Source: Candidatus Multivoradales bacterium
Lineage (GTDB): Bacteria; Acidobacteriota; Thermoanaerobaculia; Multivoradales; J023
Direction: 5' to 3'
Length of the DNA: 64,000 bases
NCBI GenBank assembly: GCA_965248925.1
Contig: CBDFLE010000006.1
Location: 3,328,001 to 3,392,000 of the forward strand
The number at the start of each line of letters is the position of its first letter. The stretch's first letter is position 1. The translations under genes and the position numbers were made by a program. Positions 1 to 9,612 of this stretch are shown here, in pieces. The notes beneath the pieces were generated by a model. That model searched no databases and was not told the origin of the DNA. It saw only the letters and a list, made by a program, of their open reading frames with translations.

Positions 1-718
1 TCAACTGCAACATGCCGGCGGCTTGCAGCGGCGGGAAGGCTAGCAGCAGCAGGAAGGAGGTCACCGCCTGCGCCCAGACGAAAAAGGGTAGGCGGAACAT
101 GGTCAGCCCTTCGGTTCGCAGGTTGATGATCGTCACCAGGAAATTCACCGCGCCGAGGAGCGAGGAGAAAATCAAGAAGAGCATGCCCACCAGCCACCAA
201 GTCTGGCCGGAAGAAGCGATGTTGGCCAGCGGCGGGTAAGACGTCCAGCCCGACTGGGCAGCTCCACCCGGCACGAAGAAGCTCAGGAACATCACCACGC
301 CGCCCATGAAGTAGCTCCAATAGCTCGCCATGTTGAGACGTGGGAAGGCCATGTCGGGGGCGCCGATCTGCAGCGGCACGACGAAGTTGCCGAAGCCACC
401 CACCGCCAGCGGTACGACCCCCATGAACACCATGATGGTGCCGTGCATGGCGCCGAGCTGGTTGTAGAACTCGGGCAACATGATGCCGCCGGGCATTTTC
501 TCGGGGCCGAAGAGGGCGCCCAAGATCGGCAGCGCCCGGCCTGGGTAGGCGAGCTGAAAGCGCATCAGCATTATCAGGCAGAAGCCGAAGAAGAGGAAGC
601 TCAACCCGGTCACGGCATATTGGATGCCGATGGTCTTGTGGTCGACCGAGAAGATGTACTTGCGCCAAAACCCGAGTTCCTCGTGATGCTCGTGCTCAGC
701 GTTCTCGTGATCGCTCAT
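1..718 (-). CDS. coxA: Cytochrome c oxidase subunit I (5' part; runs off window start)
   Basis: Not in the ORF track; translated by hand from ATG 718 (GGAGG RBS): MSDHENAEHEHHEELGFWRKYIFSVDHKTIGIQY...YNQLGAMHGTIMVF...FGNFVVPLQIGAPDMAFPRLN...GWTSYPPL, the classic COX1 motifs. Confidence 0.95.
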   Translation of the reverse strand, partial: MSDHENAEHEHHEELGFWRKYIFSVDHKTIGIQYAVTGLSFLFFGFCLIMLMRFQLAYPGRALPILGALFGPEKMPGGIMLPEFYNQLGAMHGTIMVFMGVVPLAVGGFGNFVVPLQIGAPDMAFPRLNMASYWSYFMGGVVMFLSFFVPGGAAQSGWTSYPPLANIASSGQTWWLVGMLFLIFSSLLGAVNFLVTIINLRTEGLTMFRLPFFVWAQAVTSFLLLLAFPPLQAAGMLQL

Positions 719-753
719 TGTCCTCCGCTTCCTCTCCTTGAAGTTGGAAGGCG

Positions 754-776
754 GGGGCCGCCTGGAGAGCGGCCCC
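754..776. other. Perfect 8-bp GC hairpin between the cupredoxin gene and coxA
   Basis: GGGGCCGC-CTGGAGA-GCGGCCCC; no U-tract. Confidence 0.5.
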
Positions 777-784
777 ACATTGCC

Positions 785-831
785 TGCTACTGTGCTTGCT
801 ACTGTGCTTGCTACTGTGCTTGCTGTATTGC
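785..831. repeat. 12-bp tandem repeat, ~3.5 copies
   Basis: (c/t)TGCTACTGTGC x3 plus a degenerate fourth copy, intergenic. Confidence 0.85.
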
Positions 832-847
832 TAGCTAAGGGTCAGTG

Positions 848-1552
848 CTATTTGCGTTTCGGAATCTTGAACGAGAAGTCCACCGTCGCACCGCCGCCGC
901 TGACCGTGACGCTGCCGGTTTGGCTGCCGAGGCGCTCGTGCCAGGCTTCGACCTCGTAGGTACCGTCGGGCACGTTGTCGATTGAGAAGCTGCCATCCTT
1001 GCCGGTGACCGAGAAGAAGGGGTGGGTCATCACCGCCAGGTAGCTGTTCATCCACGGGTGGACATCGCATTTGACCTTGAACAGCGGTTCGGGCTTGTTG
1101 AACGTCTTGTCGCTAGTCTTCACCGTCGGTGGCATGCCGATGTTGAATTCGCGATTCTCCTCGGGCAGGCCATGGACGTTGTGCAGGATGCCGTCGGAGT
1201 TCTTGAACTGCACCGTCTGGCCGACCATCGCGCCGATCACATGCGGTACGTAGAGGCAGCCTTTCTGGTCGATCACCACCGGCTCCGAGGGCGCCTTGTG
1301 GTCACCTGCCGGCGCGTTCCTGATCTGCACGAAAACGTTGGCGAGGGCGTTACCGTCGCCCAGCACCAGAAACTCCTTGGGTACTGGGCTGGAGTGCATG
1401 CTGGAGCAGCTGGGATCGGCGTCCATGCTGATCGCGCGCAGTTTGGGTAGCTTGTCGTCGTAGATGATCTTGCCGGTGATCGAGCCGGCGAAAGCCGGCA
1501 CGGGGAGCAGGGCACACACTAGTGCCGCGGTCAAAGCTCTGCTATAGCGCAT
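848..1552 (-). CDS. Secreted cupredoxin-like / carboxypeptidase-regulatory-like domain protein
   Basis: Start at ATG 1552 (AGGAG RBS), signal peptide (ALLPVPAFA), IDQKGCLYVPHV, HNVH and CDVHPWM putative copper ligands, and a C-terminal prealbumin-like segment (NVPDGTYEVEAWHE). Confidence 0.75.
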   Translation of the reverse strand: MRYSRALTAALVCALLPVPAFAGSITGKIIYDDKLPKLRAISMDADPSCSSMHSSPVPKEFLVLGDGNALANVFVQIRNAPAGDHKAPSEPVVIDQKGCLYVPHVIGAMVGQTVQFKNSDGILHNVHGLPEENREFNIGMPPTVKTSDKTFNKPEPLFKVKCDVHPWMNSYLAVMTHPFFSVTGKDGSFSIDNVPDGTYEVEAWHERLGSQTGSVTVSGGGATVDFSFKIPKRK

Positions 1553-1633
1553 GAGTTCTCTCCTGAAATATGGCGTTGGAGAGGAGGCTTGAGAACCCCC
1601 GTCTGAGTTGAACTTGCTTACCGGCAAAGAGTA

Positions 1634-3328
1634 TCACAGCCCCTGAGTTGTCTGGGCGGCGTGCTCAGTCCGATCAGGGCGCGAGGACTCACCGGCCATC
1701 CGCCTCCTCTCTAGGATCTTCAGCTCTAGCTCTGCAACCCGTCGGACGAATCGCGGGTCCTCAATGACGGGCGAGAATGCTGGGTCGATTGCCAGCCAGC
1801 GGAAGTGGAGTAAACCGCTCACGATGGCCTGGTCAAGCCATTCGAGCGCGCTTTGCTCGCGGCTTTCGGCGGCGGCAACCGCGGCTAGTGCTAGCGGCCA
1901 GCTCCACAGCTCGTCTCCCTGGCCCAGTCGATCTCGGGCGACCTCGGCGAGGGCTTCGCGGAGTTCCCGAGCGCGAACTCGGTCGCCGGTCTGCTGCAGC
2001 GCCCAGGCCAGGTAGATGCTGTCGGGGTCATTCCAGGGCTGATCCCCCAGCGCCTTCTCCAAGTAGCGTCTACTGCTTGCGGGATCGCCGTTCAATAAGG
2101 CGATCTCGCCGGCCAACTTGAGCAGCACAGGTGATTCAGGAAGCGCCTGCAAGGCAGACTCCACTTTTCGACCGGCCTCGCCGGTGCGGCCAGCCGCAAC
2201 GTCGAGCCAAGAATCCAGCCACAGACCGGGGATGTAGGTCGGGTCTATCTCGAGTGTCTTGTGGACCAACTGGCGGCTGTAGTCAAGTCGGTCGAGCAGA
2301 TAGCAAGCGTGGGCGCGGTTGAAGTAGTTGATCACCGCGGATTCTGCCCCGATGGGTTGCATCGTCCGCAGCAGCTCCAGCGCCTGGTCTGGCTGGCCGA
2401 GCTGCATCAGGATGACTGCCAGATTGTTCGCCGCTGCAACGTGGCGGGGTTCTTCGTCTAGAGCGCGGCGATAGGACGCGGCGGCGCGATGCAGCCAGCC
2501 GTGAGCCTGATAAGCGAAACCCAGTGCCTTGTGGGCGGCGGCCGACCTCGGGTCGAGGGTCAGACTGTGGCGCGCGGTCAGCAGCCCGGCCTCAAGGTCT
2601 CCGCCGAAATTCAGCGCTTGGAAAACCTGCGCATCTGCCAGACCTGCGTGGGCGACTGCCAGATCAGGCTCCGAGCGGATCGCGAGCTCGAACAGGCGAA
2701 TCGCTTGCCGGGTGCCTTCCTCGGAATAGCGGTAGAAGTAGTCGAGGGCATGGCTGTAGAGCTGGCGAGCGCTTGCATCAGCCGCGGTGGGTGGGTGGAG
2801 AACCGATGGGACTGCAGTCGGGTGCGGCTCGGGGGTTAGGCTGAGATAGGCCCACAGCCCGGCGGTGATCGCTACCGTGGCAGCAGCCAGTAGGGGGGCG
2901 GACAGCAGTAGGCCTGGCCGGTTTGCCATTGCGCTGCCGGTGCTCGAAGGGTTGGCGCCACCGGGCAATGAAGCTGCTGCTGCGGGTTCGATCTTGGCGA
3001 TCAAGCGATAGCCACGTCGAGGTAAGGTCTCGATGAAGCTTGGCGTGTGGTGGTCATCTCCAAGGGCTTTGCGGAGTCCGGCGATCGAGCGCCACAGTGA
3101 GCTTTCCGCAACCACCGTGTCGGCCCAGACCTCTCGCAACAGCTCATCCTTGCTGACCACCTGGCCAGCGCGCAGCACCAGATAGACCAGAACCTCAGCC
3201 ATCTTCGGTTCTAGGTGCTGGCACTCTCCAGGTCGCTGGAGTTCTCCACTTTCCGGATCGAGCACCCACTCGGCGAGACGGATCTTCTGGGGGAGCTTCG
3301 AGCCATCGTTGCGTTGCCCGTCTACCAT
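1634..3328 (-). CDS. CadC/ToxR-like winged-helix transcriptional regulator with TM helix and TPRs
   Basis: Trans_reg_C motifs (LEPKMAEVL, VVSKDELLREVW, IETLPRRGYRL), a hydrophobic helix, then TPR repeats. Confidence 0.9.
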   Translation of the reverse strand: MVDGQRNDGSKLPQKIRLAEWVLDPESGELQRPGECQHLEPKMAEVLVYLVLRAGQVVSKDELLREVWADTVVAESSLWRSIAGLRKALGDDHHTPSFIETLPRRGYRLIAKIEPAAAASLPGGANPSSTGSAMANRPGLLLSAPLLAAATVAITAGLWAYLSLTPEPHPTAVPSVLHPPTAADASARQLYSHALDYFYRYSEEGTRQAIRLFELAIRSEPDLAVAHAGLADAQVFQALNFGGDLEAGLLTARHSLTLDPRSAAAHKALGFAYQAHGWLHRAAASYRRALDEEPRHVAAANNLAVILMQLGQPDQALELLRTMQPIGAESAVINYFNRAHACYLLDRLDYSRQLVHKTLEIDPTYIPGLWLDSWLDVAAGRTGEAGRKVESALQALPESPVLLKLAGEIALLNGDPASSRRYLEKALGDQPWNDPDSIYLAWALQQTGDRVRARELREALAEVARDRLGQGDELWSWPLALAAVAAAESREQSALEWLDQAIVSGLLHFRWLAIDPAFSPVIEDPRFVRRVAELELKILERRRMAGESSRPDRTEHAAQTTQGL

Positions 3329-3486
3329 GCGTGGGTCAGATTACCACCCCAAATCGCCGCCATTCGACGACCATCAGGCAATCGTAGGCTTTTCATCAGG
3401 CCGTGGTTAGCCGCTGGTCGAATGGCGTTGCTAGGTTGGCGAGACATCGTGTGCGGAAAACAACCGAACTCCTCAGGAGGAACACC

Positions 3487-4698
3487 ATGCAGCAGCAACC
3501 GCAAGTAGATCTCACCCGTGAGTCGCGAACTCGTCGATTCAAACTCATGCTTTCCGGCGCCCACGCGGCTCCCGTCGCGACTGGCTTCTTGGTCTCGTTA
3601 GCCCTCTTCAGCGCTGCCATGGTGGTGGCGCAGCCGATGGACATGGGAGCTACCTATCGATCGCTGGACGCCCAGATCACTCGTGCTACGACCGAGTTCG
3701 AGGATGCCTATGCGATCACTACACGCAGTGCAGGTGGGGCGCTCGAAACCACCCTCTACTCACCTGCCGGTGAGAAGCTGGCCGGATCGATCACCTCGAG
3801 CGATAGCTTCGAGTTGGCGGGGGTCGATGCGATGGCTGGCAAACAGCGCTTCGACTTGCCCGGCTTCGAGGTGACCACCGATTGGGCCAGCTCTCAGCTC
3901 TACAGTATCTGGCTCGATCGGCAGGCGGCTGCTGAGCAGAAGCTGGCTGCCGAGCCGAGCTGGCAGTGGCAGGGAGGCTTCCTCCGCTCGGCCGGCTCGG
4001 CAATAGGCAAGGGAGAGGTCGACCGGCAGCGTGAGCTGGCCAGCAGAGCACTCGCGGTGACCACCCGTTTCGGTCGTCTGGAGGCGAGCTCCGTGCGCCA
4101 TCTGGGGCTCGCTGCTCTCGACAGCGATCCGGCGGACGAGGTGTCCCACGCGACTTTCTCCACCCGCATCATCGACCAGAGTACGGGTCAGCCCCTCGGT
4201 CTTGCTCGCTGGTTCGAGCAAGATCAGGTGTTCTCCTGGGAACTCCCCGGACTGACCAGCGGCTGGGTCGACGAAGCCCGCATGCAGCAGAGCTTTTCGT
4301 TCGCGCCCGACCTGGCCTGGATCAACATCCAGGTGTTCGCCTTCTGGCAGATGCACAGTGATCTACTGCTGCGCCAAGCCGGACCGCAAGCCAAGAATAC
4401 AGAGGGTTGCGATGGTTTGCATTGGCTCGACGACTCGATCTTTCGTCCCTGCTGTGATGAGCACGACCTTTGCTTCGAGCGGAATGGTTGTACCTCGAGT
4501 TCGTGGTGGGTCTTCGGGTCGAGTTGGAGCTGCATTCGATGCAACCTGGAGGTCGTCTTCTGCTTCCTGACCGGTGGCGGTGGCGGTGGCGGCGGCTTTG
4601 GTGGTGGCGGTGGCGGTGGTGGTGGTGGGATTGGTTGCACCCGGCCGCTCGGCGGCTGGTGTCCACCCGAGTGCATCAGCTGCGTTACCGTCTACTGA
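3487..4698 (+). CDS. Secreted Cys-rich protein with phospholipase A2-like CCxxHDxC motif and poly-Gly linker
   Basis: AGGAGG RBS before ATG 3487; hydrophobic signal segment; C-terminal GCDGLHW...PCCDEHDLCF, Gly tract, and CTRPLGGWCPPECISC. Confidence 0.65.
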   Translation: MQQQPQVDLTRESRTRRFKLMLSGAHAAPVATGFLVSLALFSAAMVVAQPMDMGATYRSLDAQITRATTEFEDAYAITTRSAGGALETTLYSPAGEKLAGSITSSDSFELAGVDAMAGKQRFDLPGFEVTTDWASSQLYSIWLDRQAAAEQKLAAEPSWQWQGGFLRSAGSAIGKGEVDRQRELASRALAVTTRFGRLEASSVRHLGLAALDSDPADEVSHATFSTRIIDQSTGQPLGLARWFEQDQVFSWELPGLTSGWVDEARMQQSFSFAPDLAWINIQVFAFWQMHSDLLLRQAGPQAKNTEGCDGLHWLDDSIFRPCCDEHDLCFERNGCTSSSWWVFGSSWSCIRCNLEVVFCFLTGGGGGGGGFGGGGGGGGGGIGCTRPLGGWCPPECISCVTVY

Positions 4699-4792
4699 GA
4701 CCATTGACATCCGGGTCGGGCGGCGCTTTGCTGGTCGCCCGGCACCCGGCTAGCTTGCCGAGACCCGATCAGGCGCCGAGCCAGTAGGTGGA

Positions 4793-5995
4793 TCAGTAGT
4801 TCTCGAAAGCCAGCGATTCCTGCAGCCGGGGATCGTTCACCGGCACCAGCCGGGTGCGGCTGACCCGCCAGGCGAGGGTGGCGACGAAGACTCCGCCGAC
4901 CCCTATCAGAGTCATGATGTCCACCGGCTTGAAGTCGAAGTGACCATCGCCGAAGGCCGGCATGATCAGCCAGTACATGTCGAGGTAGTGCATGGCGCAG
5001 AGCCAGACCGTGGCGGTGATCAAGCCCGCTGCGTGGCGTTTGACATCGCGCATCAGCAAGAAGAGGAAGGGAATGGCGAAGTGGCCGATCACCAGGAAGA
5101 GCGATACGTTCTTCCAGCCGTGCTCCCAGCGATGGGCGAAGAAGGCGGTTTCTTCAGGGATGTTGGCGTACCAGATCAGCATGAACTGGGAGAAGGCGAT
5201 GTAAGCCCAGAACACCATGAAGGCGAAGAGCAGCTTGCCGAGATCGTGGTAGTGCTCCGCGGTGACCACCCCTTGTAGCCGTCCGCTGCGTTGCAGCAGC
5301 AAGGCCATTAAGATGAGTAGGGCACAGATCGCGATCACGCAGCCAGCGAAGTAGTAGACTCCGAAGATCGTCGAGTACCAATGCGGGTCGAGGGACATCA
5401 TCCAATCGATGGCGGCGAAGCTCATCGTCAGGCCGAAGAGGATCAAGCCCACCGGGCTTAAAGTCTGTAGCTTGCGCAGGATCTTGGCGCCGTCGCCGTC
5501 GTCCTGGCTGGTGGCCAGGCGCCACAGCCAGGTGCCGCAGAAAGTCCACACCGCGAAATAAATGGCCGCGCGGACGTAGAAGGCGCCTGGGTTCAAGAAG
5601 GCTGCTTTGTGCTGCAACAGCTCGTCGTGGGCCACCGCTTCGGCGTGCGACCAGTGGAAGAGGTCATGAACGCCGAGAGCGATTGGGATGAAGAGCAGCG
5701 CGAACACCGGCAAGGTGCCCATGACGTGCTCGCCAAGGCGGCGGACGACCACGCTCCAGCCGGCGCGGGTGATGTACTGCACCAGGGTGAAGAACATTCC
5801 GCCAAGGGCAAAGCTGAGCCAGAACATGAAGGCCACCAGATAGGAAAAGAGCAGCCGGTCATGGTGACCGCCGCTGGTGGCGAAAGCACTTCCCAAGCCA
5901 ACGATGGCCAAGATCAGGCCGACCCTCGGCAACCGGGCCCAGAGACCTTGTGGAATCGCGACCTGCTCAGCCGCTACCGTGACCTCGTGTTCCAT
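4793..5995 (-). CDS. actF: Alternative complex III subunit ActF
   Basis: Polytopic membrane protein with AGWSVVVRR, DWMMSLDPHWYSTIFG, HYHDLGKLLFAF and WYANIPEE motifs. Confidence 0.9.
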   Translation of the reverse strand: MEHEVTVAAEQVAIPQGLWARLPRVGLILAIVGLGSAFATSGGHHDRLLFSYLVAFMFWLSFALGGMFFTLVQYITRAGWSVVVRRLGEHVMGTLPVFALLFIPIALGVHDLFHWSHAEAVAHDELLQHKAAFLNPGAFYVRAAIYFAVWTFCGTWLWRLATSQDDGDGAKILRKLQTLSPVGLILFGLTMSFAAIDWMMSLDPHWYSTIFGVYYFAGCVIAICALLILMALLLQRSGRLQGVVTAEHYHDLGKLLFAFMVFWAYIAFSQFMLIWYANIPEETAFFAHRWEHGWKNVSLFLVIGHFAIPFLFLLMRDVKRHAAGLITATVWLCAMHYLDMYWLIMPAFGDGHFDFKPVDIMTLIGVGGVFVATLAWRVSRTRLVPVNDPRLQESLAFENY

Positions 5996-6042
5996 GACTC
6001 TCCCGTGTGGGTTGTCGAAGTTGACCGCTCAGCCGCCGCCGT

Positions 6043-6603
6043 TCAGGCTAGTATCAGTTCAACCTGCAGGGCGCCGAAGCTGGACAGCAGCTCGCTGGTG
6101 CGCTCAGCGTCGAACTTGGGGTCTTCGGCTTCGATCGAGATGAAAAAAGTGTCGTCGGTCGAGCGCTCGAAACGCTCCGAGTTGAACAGCCCGTGGTGGT
6201 GGCACGGCAGCCCCGACTCAAAGAGGAAACCACCGATGGCGCCGCTGGCGCCGCCCAACACCCCGCATTCGAACATGATCGGCACGAAGGCCGGCCAGCT
6301 GAACAGCGGCTTGCCGGAGATCACCAGGCCATAGCCATAGATGCTCAAGTACCACTGCATGGCCATGCCGACGGCGGCTCCCGTAAGCCCCAGCACCAGC
6401 ATGTAGAGCGGCACCCGCGAGCGCTTCAGCCCCATCGCCTGTTCCAGGCCGTGGACCGGAAATGGCACGTGGGCATCCCACTTCTCAAAGCCGTGGTCGC
6501 GCACCTTGGCGCAAGCGTGCATCACCGCTTCGGGAGTGTCGAACTCGGCCAGCAGAGCAAAGGCTGAATTGTTCGCCATCGACTGAATCTCCGTCTCGCT
6601 CAT
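6043..6603 (-). CDS. actD: Alternative complex III subunit ActD (DUF3341)
   Basis: [32 protein letters not shown]; overlaps the actC stop. Confidence 0.9.
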   Translation of the reverse strand: MSETEIQSMANNSAFALLAEFDTPEAVMHACAKVRDHGFEKWDAHVPFPVHGLEQAMGLKRSRVPLYMLVLGLTGAAVGMAMQWYLSIYGYGLVISGKPLFSWPAFVPIMFECGVLGGASGAIGGFLFESGLPCHHHGLFNSERFERSTDDTFFISIEAEDPKFDAERTSELLSSFGALQVELILA

Positions 6604-7982
6604 TGCGGTCGATTGTGGACGTGGGCCGCGGGCAAGACACCCTTGACCTCAGACATCGCCACGATCGGCAAGAAACGCACGAACAGGGTGAACATGGTGA
6701 AGAACAAGCCGAAGCTGCCAATGAACAGCGAGACGTCCCAGAAGGTCGGCCGGAAATAGCCCCAACTCGACGGCAAGAAATCAGCGTGCAGCGAGGTCAC
6801 GACGATCACAAAGCGCTCGAACCACATGCCGATGTTGATGACGATCGAGACCACGAACAAGGTCGGGATGTGGGTGCGTAGCTTCTTGAACCAGAACAGC
6901 TGGGGCGACAGCACATTGCAGCTGATCATCGTCCAGTAGGCCCAGTTGTAGGGGCCGGTGGCGCGATTGATGAAAGCGAAAGTCTCGTAAGCATTGCCGC
7001 TATACCAAGCGATGAAGAACTCCATCGAGTAGGCATAGCCGACCAGCGTGCCGGTGAGCAACAGCATCTTGGCCATGCGGTCGAAGTGCAGCATGTTGAC
7101 GATGTGGGTCATCTTGAAGATTACCCGGCAGAAGATCATCAGCGTCACCACCATGGCGATGCCCGAGAAGATCGCGCCGGCAACGAAGTACGGCGGAAAG
7201 ATCGTCGTATGCCAACCCGGTAGCTGCGAAGTGGCGAAGTCGAACGACACCACCGAGTGCACCGACAGCACTAGTGGCGTCGCTATCCCGGCGAGCAGCA
7301 GGTAGGCCTTCTCATAGTGCGACCACTGCCGCATAGAGCCACGCCAGCCCAGTGCGAAGATGCCGTAGATGCTGCGCCGCAACTTGGTCTTGGAGCGGTC
7401 GCGGATGGTCGCCAGGTCGGGAATCAGACCCAGGTACCAGAACAACAGCGACACCGTGCCGTAGATCGACACCGCGAAGACATCCCACATCAGCGGGCTT
7501 CTGAACTGCGGCCACATCTCCATCTGGTTGGGGATCGGCATCATCCAGTAAGGCAGCCAGGGGCGGCCGATGTGGATTCCGGGGAAGATCAGCGCACACA
7601 TCACGGCGAAGATGGTCATCGCCTCGGCGGTGCGGTTGATCGAGGTGCGCCATTTCTGTCGCACCAAGAAGAGTACCGCCGAGATCAGGGTACCGGCGTG
7701 GCCGATACCGACCCAGAAAACGAAATTGATGATCGGCCAGCCCCAGGCCACCGGAATGTTGTTACCCCAGATGCCGGTGCCTTCCCAAAACAGCCAGGCG
7801 ATCGAAATTCCGAGCAGAGAAAGGCCGCCGAGTGAGATGGCGAGGGTTATGTACCAGCCCAGCGGCGGCTTCCATTCCGTTGGCTGTGACACCGCCTCGG
7901 TGATGTCATGGAAAGTGGGGTCGCCCTTGATCAGTGCGGGGCGGGACTCGATCGGATCGATTTCGGCTACGGCATACGCCAT
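6600..7982 (-). CDS. actC: Alternative complex III subunit ActC (NrfD/polysulfide reductase family)
   Basis: [60 protein letters not shown]; start taken at ATG 7982 (GGAGG upstream). Confidence 0.93.
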   Translation of the reverse strand: MAYAVAEIDPIESRPALIKGDPTFHDITEAVSQPTEWKPPLGWYITLAISLGGLSLLGISIAWLFWEGTGIWGNNIPVAWGWPIINFVFWVGIGHAGTLISAVLFLVRQKWRTSINRTAEAMTIFAVMCALIFPGIHIGRPWLPYWMMPIPNQMEMWPQFRSPLMWDVFAVSIYGTVSLLFWYLGLIPDLATIRDRSKTKLRRSIYGIFALGWRGSMRQWSHYEKAYLLLAGIATPLVLSVHSVVSFDFATSQLPGWHTTIFPPYFVAGAIFSGIAMVVTLMIFCRVIFKMTHIVNMLHFDRMAKMLLLTGTLVGYAYSMEFFIAWYSGNAYETFAFINRATGPYNWAYWTMISCNVLSPQLFWFKKLRTHIPTLFVVSIVINIGMWFERFVIVVTSLHADFLPSSWGYFRPTFWDVSLFIGSFGLFFTMFTLFVRFLPIVAMSEVKGVLPAAHVHNRPQ

Positions 7983-8142
7983 GGTCCGGGGACGCCTCCA
8001 GGGTCGGGGATCGCTTATCTGGCTAAGGCGGGATGTATAGCAGGACAGAGGCCGGGGGGTCAACCAAAGCATGGCTCGCGGGTAACCGGAAGGGACTCGC
8101 AAGCGGCCTTCAAAGGCGGGGGTTGAGGAATTCCGCGAAAGT

Positions 8143-9528
8143 CTAGTTTACGCCGCCGTCGAAGGGTCTGCCGAGGGCTGCTCGGGCGGCGTTGCGGCCG
8201 CTGCGGATGCAGTCCGGCAAGCCGACTCCGTGGTAGGTGCCGCCGGCCAAATGCAGCCCTGCGGGCAGTGATGCTTCGAGTTCGGCGATGCGTTCCACAT
8301 GGCCGACGTCGTACTGCGGATAGCCGCTCGGCGAGTGGAACAGGCGGCGCAGCACCGGCGCGGCGGTAGCGCCCATGATTTCGCCCAATTCTTGCTGCAG
8401 CTCGTCGAGCAGCTCCTCTTCGTCGGCAAGAAATGCGCTCTCGCCGTCGGCACCACCGAGAAAAACCCGCAGCAGAGCCATGCCCGGCGGAGCGCGGTGA
8501 TCGAACTTGGTCGAACTCCAGCTGCAAGCGAGGATCCGCCGTTGCTCGCGGTGGGGGACGAAGAAGCCAAATCCATCGAGACCCTGAGGGAGGTCGCTCA
8601 GGCGGTAACCAAACGAGGCGTTGACGATCGGCACCAGACGGAGCGAGCCGAGGCTGAAGGCGAGCTGGAAGTCGCAACCCATGAGCAGTTCACTGGCGAT
8701 CACCCCTGGCAGCGCCACCACCACATGGCGGGTGCTCAACACCTGACCACTCGACATCCTGAGGTGCCAGCCTTTACTCATGCGGCTGATGCGGACGATG
8801 GCCTTGCCGATCCGCAAGTTGCCGGCTGGCAGCTGTTGGTGCAAGGCGCTCACCAACTCTCCGAGGCCGCCTCGCAGGCTCCAGAAGAGCGGTTTGGGCG
8901 GCTCGGGCGCGTGCTCGAATGCAGCGGTCAGACTGCCGTGGCGTCTTTCCATGGCGGCGAGTTGCGGATAGGTGGCGCGCAGGCTCATGCGCTCGACATC
9001 GGCGACATGAGTGTGGGCCAGAATCGGCTCCGCCAGGCACTGCAAAAGCTCGCTGCCAAAGCGGCGCCGGACAAAGTCGCCGACACTCTCGTCGCTATCC
9101 TCGTCGCGTACTGGAATCTCCCGTTCCTGGGCCACCCGAGCCAGCCCAGCTTCGCTCAGCAACCCGGTGTCGCGGAGATCCTCCAGTCGCGTTGGCACGA
9201 ACATGCGCAAGCTCTTAGGCAGCGGCACCAGCTTGCCGTCGTGTACCAGGAAGGTGCGCCGTCGTTCATCGCGGCTCGGCAGCAGCCGATCCTCCAAGCC
9301 GAGTTCGCGAATTAGTTCCAAGGCCCAAGGTTTCTGCGGAACTACCGAGTCGGCGCCGGCTTCGAGTACGAATCCGTCTTGTTCCTCAGTGCGAACCTTG
9401 CCCCCCAGTTTCCGCCCGGCATCGATCAGCAAACAGCGCGGCGGCTTGCCGTAGCCTGGACGGAGTGCTTCGTACAAGGCGGCCAGGCCGGTAATGCCAC
9501 CGCCGAGAACAATCAGGTCGTAGCTCAT
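8143..9528 (-). CDS. hemY: Protoporphyrinogen/coproporphyrinogen oxidase (HemY/HemG family)
   Basis: [12 protein letters not shown] motif, [48 protein letters not shown]. Confidence 0.9.
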   Translation of the reverse strand: MSYDLIVLGGGITGLAALYEALRPGYGKPPRCLLIDAGRKLGGKVRTEEQDGFVLEAGADSVVPQKPWALELIRELGLEDRLLPSRDERRRTFLVHDGKLVPLPKSLRMFVPTRLEDLRDTGLLSEAGLARVAQEREIPVRDEDSDESVGDFVRRRFGSELLQCLAEPILAHTHVADVERMSLRATYPQLAAMERRHGSLTAAFEHAPEPPKPLFWSLRGGLGELVSALHQQLPAGNLRIGKAIVRISRMSKGWHLRMSSGQVLSTRHVVVALPGVIASELLMGCDFQLAFSLGSLRLVPIVNASFGYRLSDLPQGLDGFGFFVPHREQRRILACSWSSTKFDHRAPPGMALLRVFLGGADGESAFLADEEELLDELQQELGEIMGATAAPVLRRLFHSPSGYPQYDVGHVERIAELEASLPAGLHLAGGTYHGVGLPDCIRSGRNAARAALGRPFDGGVN

Positions 9529-9612
9529 GGGCCTAGTCTTGCCAGAGTTGGAAGGTGGCGTCAATGTCGTTTGTCAACTTCCGCGCCAAGAGTTCGAATG
9601 GGTAAACTCCGC

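Noticed and set aside
4224-4676. Poly-Pro and His-rich minus-strand ORFs
   Set aside because: Shadows of the poly-Gly linker on the plus strand.
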